DNA of 63,430 bases from Bacteroidales bacterium (GTDB taxonomy: Bacteria > Bacteroidota > Bacteroidia > Bacteroidales > WCHB1-69), in contig JAKSMD010000004.1 of assembly GCA_024400815.1 (NCBI GenBank), positions 1-63,430 on the forward strand. The letters run 5' to 3'. Position numbers and translations under genes: made by a program. Position 1 is the first letter of the stretch. Each line of letters starts with the position of its first letter. Shown one piece after another: positions 57,103 to 63,430 of this stretch. The notes under the pieces were generated by a model. The model worked only from the letters and a program-made list of their open reading frames with translations, did not search any database and was not told where the DNA came from.

Positions 57103-59574
57103 ATGCTTTATCCTGAGAATTTTGAAGAAAAGATAGGGTTTAATGCCATCCGGCAACTGCTGTTGCAACATTGTCTTAGCCCCATGGGGCAGGGCATTGT
57201 GAATGATGTGCAGATGATGACGGATTTGGGAAAAATCAAACCGGAACTGGAAACAGTGGAGGAATTCCGCCAGTTGCTGTTGTTTGATGATCCATTTCCG
57301 GCGCAGGATTATTTTGATTTGCGTGCCGTGCTGAAACGCCTGCAAATTGATGGCACCTATATTGAATTGGAAGATTTGGCCCAACTGCGTGGCTTTATTA
57401 CCACGATGACCAATATCTACGTTTATTTGAAAGTCCGTTTTCAAGATAAAAAATACCCGTATTTGTGGGGCATTTGTGAAGATATGCCGCTGCAACGCGA
57501 CTTGATGACCGCCTTCAATCGTATTTTGGATGATAAAGGGCAAATGCGAGATAACGCATCGGATGAGCTATGCCGTATTAAAAGCGAAATCAATCGCATT
57601 TCTAATTCGGCAGATCGACAAATACGAAAGATTCTCAATGCGGCCAAACAGGATGGTTTGGTCAAAGAGGATGCCGAAATGACGATTCGTAATGGTCGCC
57701 TCTGTATTCCGATTGCGGCTCAGTTCAAACGTCGTTTGAAAGGTTTTATTCACGATGAGTCTGCGACAGGGCAAACGGTATTCATTGAGCCGACAGAGGT
57801 TTTTGATGCCAACAATGAATTAAAGGATTTGCAAAATGCTGCCAACCGCGAGGTGGTGCGCATCTTGACAGAAATGTCAGACAAAATCCGCCCGCTTATC
57901 CCAGAATTGTTGGACGCTCAACAGCGATTGGGAAGATATGATTTTCTGCGCGCTAAAGCTTTGTTAGCCATTGACCTCAATGCTTCTTTGCCGCATCTGC
58001 ATCCCGAACCGATGGTGGATTGGCAGCAGGCAATACACCCGTTGTTGTACTTTACCTTGAAAAAAACGGCTAAAAAAGTGGTCCCGCTGGATGTCAAACT
58101 CACCGCAGAACATCGTATTTTGATTATTTCGGGTCCGAATGCCGGCGGCAAGTCTGTGTGCTTGAAATGTGTAGGATTGCTGCAGTATATGCTCCAATGC
58201 GGCTTGCTGGTCTCTATGCAGGACACTTCCGATATGGGCATTTTTGACAGCATCTTCATTGATATCGGCGATGAGCAATCTATAGAAAATGATTTGAGCA
58301 CCTATAGTTCCCACCTTTCCAATTTGAAGGTGATGGACGATCATCTCCAAAGTCACTCGTTATTCCTCATTGACGAGTTTGGTTCCGGCACAGAACCGAC
58401 GTTGGGTGGCGCTCTTGCCGAAGCCATTTTGGAAAGTTTCTACGAGCACCAGGCCTTTGGCATTATCACAACCCACTATGGCAATCTCAAGATGTTCCCA
58501 GATACGCATCCTAATGCAGTAAATGGTGCTATGCTCTATGATACAGCGGCTTTGAAACCTTTGTATCAGCTCAAGATTGGAAAACCGGGCAGTTCTTTCA
58601 CTTACGAAATTGCCCGCCATATCGGATTGAATGAACATATTGTTGAAAATGCGATTGCCAAATCGGGCACCGCGCAAATAGATTATGAACGCAAGTTGGA
58701 GGAGATTGAAATTGCGCAGTTGGAAACAGAACAGAAATTGAAACAAGTTCGGGCCGCAGATGACCAATTGGCGGAGATGATTGATGAATATTCGGAGAAA
58801 TTTTCTGAATTGGACAAACAGCGAAAAGATATTCTCCAAAAAGCCAAAAACCAGGCGAATTCTATTGTAGAAAGTGCTAATAAGGTTATTGAGAAAACCA
58901 TTCGAGATATTAAAGAGGCCAAGGCAGACAGCGTGAAGACCAAAAAAGCACGCGAAAATGTCACGCAATTGAAGGAAGAACTTAAACAGGAGATTGACTC
59001 TATTGAAAAAGAGGAAACCTTAAAGCCCATTGTGCCAGTCAAGCGTTCCAAACCGAAGGAGAAAAAAGTGGTGGAGCAGCCAGAAGACACGACTATCCAC
59101 GTGGGCGATTCTGTTTTTATGGCCGATATGCAGATTACGGGAGAAGTGACATCTATCAATGGCAATGACGCAACGATTGCCTTTAATTCGGTGTCATTCA
59201 AGACACAATTGAATAAATTGATGAAGATTAGCAAAAAGGAAGCGCGTGAAGTTCGCCGCGGCGGCGTGGTCCATGTGAACGAGGGCACGCTGGCGGAGGC
59301 GATGAACAAGAAGTTAGCGGATTTCAACTCCACTTTGGATGTGCGTGGACAGCGTGTGGAAGAGATGCTTCCCGTTTTGCACGAATATTTGGACGAGGCA
59401 GCCTTGCTGAGCATTCGCTATGTGCGCATTCTGCACGGCAAAGGCAACGGCATCTTGCGCCAAGTGATTCGCCAGCATCTGCACAAACGCCCCGATGTGG
59501 AAGAATTTCAAGATGAAGCGCTCGAATTAGGCGGCTGCGGCATTACGGTGGTGAAGATGAAAAACACCAACTAG
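57103..59574 (+). CDS. mutS2: Endonuclease MutS2
   Basis: HDESATGQTVFIEP, SGPNAGGKS, DLSTYSSHL, IDEFGSGT, TTHY; C-terminal Smr domain LDVRG..HGKGNG. Confidence 0.96.
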   Translation: MLYPENFEEKIGFNAIRQLLLQHCLSPMGQGIVNDVQMMTDLGKIKPELETVEEFRQLLLFDDPFPAQDYFDLRAVLKRLQIDGTYIELEDLAQLRGFITTMTNIYVYLKVRFQDKKYPYLWGICEDMPLQRDLMTAFNRILDDKGQMRDNASDELCRIKSEINRISNSADRQIRKILNAAKQDGLVKEDAEMTIRNGRLCIPIAAQFKRRLKGFIHDESATGQTVFIEPTEVFDANNELKDLQNAANREVVRILTEMSDKIRPLIPELLDAQQRLGRYDFLRAKALLAIDLNASLPHLHPEPMVDWQQAIHPLLYFTLKKTAKKVVPLDVKLTAEHRILIISGPNAGGKSVCLKCVGLLQYMLQCGLLVSMQDTSDMGIFDSIFIDIGDEQSIENDLSTYSSHLSNLKVMDDHLQSHSLFLIDEFGSGTEPTLGGALAEAILESFYEHQAFGIITTHYGNLKMFPDTHPNAVNGAMLYDTAALKPLYQLKIGKPGSSFTYEIARHIGLNEHIVENAIAKSGTAQIDYERKLEEIEIAQLETEQKLKQVRAADDQLAEMIDEYSEKFSELDKQRKDILQKAKNQANSIVESANKVIEKTIRDIKEAKADSVKTKKARENVTQLKEELKQEIDSIEKEETLKPIVPVKRSKPKEKKVVEQPEDTTIHVGDSVFMADMQITGEVTSINGNDATIAFNSVSFKTQLNKLMKISKKEAREVRRGGVVHVNEGTLAEAMNKKLADFNSTLDVRGQRVEEMLPVLHEYLDEAALLSIRYVRILHGKGNGILRQVIRQHLHKRPDVEEFQDEALELGGCGITVVKMKNTN

Positions 59575-59598
59575 CATTTTGTAACTAATTACACTACT

Positions 59599-60678
59599 AT
59601 GAGATATCGTTTGATAACCATTCTTATGTTGTTCAGCATGCTTTTGAGTGCGCAGGCGCCCGCTGGCTATTATCAAAATGCAGCCAATAAGAAGGGATAT
59701 GCGTTGCGATGCGCTCTATACTCTATTGTCAAAAATCATTCATCATTGTCTTATAGTGATTTATGGGGTGCTTTTTATACTACGGATAAAAATCCCGCCA
59801 ACAATAAAGTATGGGATATCTATTCCGACAACCCCAATGGCAACACGGCATATTACTTTAACTTCGGCACTGACCAATGTGGCAACTATTCATCTGAAGG
59901 CGATTGCTATAATCGTGAGCACTCTATTCCTAAAAGTTGGTTTAATGATGCGGCACCGATGTACACTGACCTGTTTCACATCTATCCCACAGATGGATGG
60001 GTGAACAATAAGCGCGGCAATATGCCCTTGGGTGAGGTCAACAATCCTTCTTGGTCCAGCACCAATGGCTCTAAAGTCGGACCTTGTACCACAGCAGGGC
60101 ATTCGGGTACGGTGTTTGAACCCAATGATGCCTACAAAGGCGATTTGGCACGTTCTTATTTTTATTTTACGGTATGCTATATGGATAAAAATCTGGGCTA
60201 CGAGCAATCCATGTTTTCAGGCGGTTCACTGCAGCCGTGGGCTTTGGCCATGCTGATTCGTTGGCATAATGAAGATCCTGTCAGCCAGAAGGAGATTGAT
60301 CGCAACAACGCTATATATGCCATTCAGCACAATCGTAATCCTTTTATTGATTACCCCGAATTGGTGGGCAAAATATTCGGCAGCGACTCTGTTAATGTCT
60401 TCAATCCAACAGGCATTGACGATTGGGATATATCCAAGTGCTGCCAAGTGTATCCCAACCCCGCCCGCGACAAAGTCAGTGTTGTGCTTTCTGCAGATGT
60501 ATTTGCGCCTGTGACATTCCAATTGTTGAATATGATGGGACAGGTGATGATGCAAGAAATTCAAGAGTCCGGAGATATCCATACCCTGGATGTTTCAGCA
60601 TTGCCTGAGGGAATTTATATCCTCCGCGCACAAACCGATAAATATCATATTCATAAAAAAATCATTATTTCCCATTAA
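59599..60678 (+). CDS. Secreted endonuclease I family nuclease with T9SS CTD
   Basis: YNREHSIPKSW, TDLFHIYPTD..NNKRGN, KGDLAR, NRNPFIDYP; CTD VYPNPA..GIYIL..KIIISH. Confidence 0.9.
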   Translation: MRYRLITILMLFSMLLSAQAPAGYYQNAANKKGYALRCALYSIVKNHSSLSYSDLWGAFYTTDKNPANNKVWDIYSDNPNGNTAYYFNFGTDQCGNYSSEGDCYNREHSIPKSWFNDAAPMYTDLFHIYPTDGWVNNKRGNMPLGEVNNPSWSSTNGSKVGPCTTAGHSGTVFEPNDAYKGDLARSYFYFTVCYMDKNLGYEQSMFSGGSLQPWALAMLIRWHNEDPVSQKEIDRNNAIYAIQHNRNPFIDYPELVGKIFGSDSVNVFNPTGIDDWDISKCCQVYPNPARDKVSVVLSADVFAPVTFQLLNMMGQVMMQEIQESGDIHTLDVSALPEGIYILRAQTDKYHIHKKIIISH

Positions 60679-60694
60679 AATCTATTCATCTACT

Positions 60695-60761
60695 GATACG
60701 CGCCGTCGCCTATACGTTGCACCGTAAACATAAATTCGCCGATGCTCTGGCGCGTCTCTAC
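60695..60761. repeat. Degenerate GTAG-type REP-like inverted repeat
   Basis: GATACGCGCC ... GGCGCGTCTCTAC. Confidence 0.45.
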
Positions 60762-60811
60762 CTCTCTACTATTCTACCGATACTCATTTAAACCCCAATT
60801 CCCCCAATATT

Positions 60812-61231
60812 ATGTTGTATCTTACCAAACATTTTGACTTTGAAATGGCGCATGCGCTGATGGGCTATCCTGGCAAGTGCCGCAATATCCACGGCCATTC
60901 CTATAAGATGGAGGTCACCGTCATGGGCGAACCCGACCCTGCAAGCGGAATGGTCATTGACTTTAAGTTGCTCAAGGACCTTGTGAACGAGCACATCGTC
61001 AATAAGTTAGACCATGCGTTGGTGCTTTCCAACAGCGTGGATGCGGACCTTATAGCCACCTTGCGCAAGCATTACGACAAGGTCATCACCTTCCCGTTTG
61101 TGCCTTCAACGGAGAATATGCTGGAGCATTTCGCCCAGATATTGCAGCCGTGCCTGCCGGCCAATGTGAAACTCTATTCCATAAGGCTGCACGAGACAGA
61201 CACTTCATTTGCGGAGTGGAGGAATGATTGA
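60812..61231 (+). CDS. queD: 6-carboxy-5,6,7,8-tetrahydropterin synthase
   Basis: FEMAH, CRNIHGHSY, GMVIDF, LDH, STEN, LHET. Confidence 0.92.
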   Translation: MLYLTKHFDFEMAHALMGYPGKCRNIHGHSYKMEVTVMGEPDPASGMVIDFKLLKDLVNEHIVNKLDHALVLSNSVDADLIATLRKHYDKVITFPFVPSTENMLEHFAQILQPCLPANVKLYSIRLHETDTSFAEWRND

Positions 61232-61274
61232 CATTGACTTTTTTGGAAGCGACTTGAAAAGTGAAAAAATCCTT

Positions 61275-61335
61275 TCTGCGTCATAGCGTTTTCTCTGCGC
61301 CTTTGCGGTGAAGATGAAACCGCAGAGCCGCAAAG
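61275..61335. repeat. CTYTGCG-type palindromic intergenic repeat
   Basis: CTCTGCGCCTTTGCGGT ... ACCGCAGAGCCGCAAAG between convergent genes. Confidence 0.55.
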
Positions 61336-61346
61336 TATAAGAAAAC

Positions 61347-62840
61347 CTACCAGTAGCGGATCCGGCATTTCATCACTTGAGTTCGTTGACCGTTATCTTC
61401 AACAATGTTGCGCGTCATATTCCCGTATCGGTCATAACGAAAATATTGCCAATAATAATAGTTCCATAGGAACTCTACATCTATATCGCCATAATTATCC
61501 AAGTTGGTAAAGTAATGTTTATCCCCGTACTTGCTCAACAAAGAAATCCAGCAGGCATCGTTGTATTCAACATCATCATTGTCAAATGAATACGAGATGT
61601 TTTTGGAATCATCGTAAACATTAGACGAGTAAAATCTCAGCGTCTTATTCTTATAAAAAAGGCGATTGGTCAGACGACCTTTTTGGTCATATTGAATTAG
61701 ACATAGGTCGGAACTCATTTTTTCGGATATAGAATCGGGCATTATTTTTTCTTCTTGAATGACTCGCCCATCCTTGTCCATTGTGCAGCTATAGGAAACG
61801 AGCTGAGGAAGCAGTTCGGAAGCGTTTCGCGCACGCTTTTCTATATTCCACAGGTAGGTGTCTGAATGATAGGTATAGGTGTGTCGCTCAAGTAACGTGT
61901 CGTTGCGATAGATTTCCACTTTGCTTCGCCGGCCCAGCGAGTCGTATTGGTGAACTTCTTTCCAAGTTTCACCGGGTAGTTTCACCCATTTGTCCGTAAT
62001 TTGTCCCTCTTTGCTATAGCTAACACGATAGGTAAAAGGAACATCTCTGTCCGTTTGCCCAGTGCCAATCACTTTTTTCAGATGCCCTTTATGCGGAAGC
62101 ATATCGTCAAATTCATTCCAATCGTTGTTGTACGATTCCAATGGAACAAGGAAATTGTAATTGTTTTCGTATGGAATTACGGCAACGGATGCGCGATGTT
62201 GTTCTACATAGCTCAATTCTTCTGGGCCTAAGGTGTCGCCGAGGTTTCGGAATCTCACGCAGCTGCCGGTTATGGAATCGGTCATAGGCAGTCCTAAGAG
62301 TTGTTTGCAATCTTCCCAGTTATGAACGGCCTGAGTATCCCACAATTGAAATTTTTTAAGAGCCTTATTATAGGCACGACTATTTTGCCGAGTTTTCTTT
62401 TGGTTTTCTGACTGTATATTTTTCCAATACTGCTTTGTTTTTTGAATATAGGGACGAATATTCAAGGGCTTGCCGTTCAAGTAGCGATGATAGGATTGGA
62501 GGATGAGGTCGGAAATGTCGTCGGGATGCGACAAACCCAGTTTGTGAAAGTACGTCCACAGTCGTGACTGGCCCCACAGTTGCCAATGGTTGCGTATCCA
62601 CATCCCGAGTCCGAAATGTGCGTTGGTGCAAAAGGTCTGTTCCTCCATTTGTCGAATATTGTCGCGCACGGAATCGGGAATCAGGATATCCAACTGGCGA
62701 AGGCAGTCTTGCAAGTCCATCGGAATATAGACGGCGGAATCCCGGGTCTCCGCAACATCGGTGTGGGAGGAGTCTGTTTGGGCGAAAAGGAGGCAACTAC
62801 CAACCAATAAGCAAAATAAGAGGATGTACTTTTTAATCAT
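61347..62840 (-). CDS. Secreted hypothetical protein: DUF6794-like N-terminal domain plus YD/RHS-like repeats
   Basis: YIPMDLQDC..HFGLGMWIRNHWQLW..HPDDIS..SYHRYL; C-terminal YDSLGR, YDQKGRL and YDRYGN repeats. Confidence 0.7.
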   Translation of the reverse strand: MIKKYILLFCLLVGSCLLFAQTDSSHTDVAETRDSAVYIPMDLQDCLRQLDILIPDSVRDNIRQMEEQTFCTNAHFGLGMWIRNHWQLWGQSRLWTYFHKLGLSHPDDISDLILQSYHRYLNGKPLNIRPYIQKTKQYWKNIQSENQKKTRQNSRAYNKALKKFQLWDTQAVHNWEDCKQLLGLPMTDSITGSCVRFRNLGDTLGPEELSYVEQHRASVAVIPYENNYNFLVPLESYNNDWNEFDDMLPHKGHLKKVIGTGQTDRDVPFTYRVSYSKEGQITDKWVKLPGETWKEVHQYDSLGRRSKVEIYRNDTLLERHTYTYHSDTYLWNIEKRARNASELLPQLVSYSCTMDKDGRVIQEEKIMPDSISEKMSSDLCLIQYDQKGRLTNRLFYKNKTLRFYSSNVYDDSKNISYSFDNDDVEYNDACWISLLSKYGDKHYFTNLDNYGDIDVEFLWNYYYWQYFRYDRYGNMTRNIVEDNGQRTQVMKCRIRYW

Positions 62841-62957
62841 AGGCGGCAAAAATACTAAAATATCTCGAAAGTCAGTAATAAGCGATTTGAAGAAAAATAA
62901 CCAGCAAAAAACAGTTGATTACAGCCATTTGTATGCTTTTCACCATCCAATATTAAT

Positions 62958-63074
62958 GGTCGTTATCTCATATTTTTTAATAGATAACGACCAACAATAG
63001 TATTATTCCTTATCGTTATCTATGTTTTTATAGCAGATAACGACGAGTAATAATACTATCTTCTATCGTTATCT
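62958..63074. repeat. 53-bp-periodic array of TCGTTATCT-N13-AGATAACGA palindromes
   Basis: TCGTTATCT at 62960, 63013 and 63066; AGATAACGA at 62982 and 63035. Confidence 0.85.
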
Positions 63075-63306
63075 AACAAGTTTGGACAAACACATTGGAT
63101 AATCCGTCTCGAAAAGCTTGGGCACGCTTTTAGACAGAAGAAATTATAATGATTTATCCCTGGAGGTTACTATGGACGATCTTTATCAATAATCAAATTT
63201 TTGTATTTTCGCGCCTCATTTTTTTAAGAATACGATCCCAAAGCGGATTTTTCCGTATGCTTAAAAAACCTTTTATTTCTTTGATACTTAATAACAAATA
63301 AAATAA

Positions 63307-63430
63307 ATGAAGAAAACACTGCTTTCACTGGTATGGACTTTGTCCTGTCTTATCGCTACAGCCCAACTGGCAGCACCAACGCTTTACTCTCCAGCTGACA
63401 ACCTGACTGGCGCTTGGACCCGTCAAGATT
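63307..63430 (+). CDS. 5' part of a secreted protein (runs off the window)
   Basis: MKKTLLSLVWTLSCLIATAQLAAPTLYSPADN; signal peptide; -7-like box TATTTTCG upstream near 63204. Confidence 0.7.
   Translation, partial: MKKTLLSLVWTLSCLIATAQLAAPTLYSPADNLTGAWTRQD

Noticed and set aside
62958-63074. CRISPR array
   Set aside because: The conserved parts are only 9-bp half-sites, there are 2.5 units, the spacers are too short, and no cas genes are present.
63227-63262. Possible riboswitch or leader hairpin before the last gene
   Set aside because: Only a weak imperfect stem is present, and it matches no riboswitch consensus I can recognise.
1-63430. tRNA, rRNA, prophage, integrase or anti-phage defence genes
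   Set aside because: None recognised by eye; tRNAscan-SE, Infernal and DefenseFinder runs would be needed to exclude them formally.

Overview
This is chromosomal DNA from a Bacteroidales-type bacterium, judged from TAnnTTTG -7 promoter boxes, AT-rich leaders without Shine-Dalgarno sites, many Cys lipoproteins and T9SS C-terminal sorting domains. The left half (~1-28.5 kb) is a patchwork of accessory genes: the end of a probable IS982 element, a 465-bp MITE-like insertion in the perR-rubrerythrin promoter, GNAT and CAT-like acetyltransferases, an S37 peptidase, an aldehyde dehydrogenase, a circularly permuted GH114, a sialidase paired with an SGNH esterase, an M16 peptidase, a NatAB-like ABC exporter and two ECF sigma/anti-sigma pairs. 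The right half is mostly housekeeping (yggS, polA, ssb, gldB-like, glnA, polyprenyl synthetase, mrdA, rodA, priA, miaB, mutS2, queD). It also holds a 3182-aa T9SS surface protein, a stand-alone DUF2436-CTD protein, a secreted endonuclease and an orphan DsrK/HdrD-like Fe-S protein. I found no rRNA, tRNA, CRISPR array, integrase or reverse transcriptase, and I cannot point to one complete new system. The best leads are: (1) the MITE that splits the -33 and -7 boxes of the perR-rbr promoter; (2) in-frame stop codons in otherwise intact genes (two in priA, one in a DUF4153 gene); (3) dispersed 7-bp tandem arrays, one lying in frame inside polA; (4) a 53-bp-periodic palindrome array near the right end. 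All family assignments come from motif recognition by eye, not from database searches.
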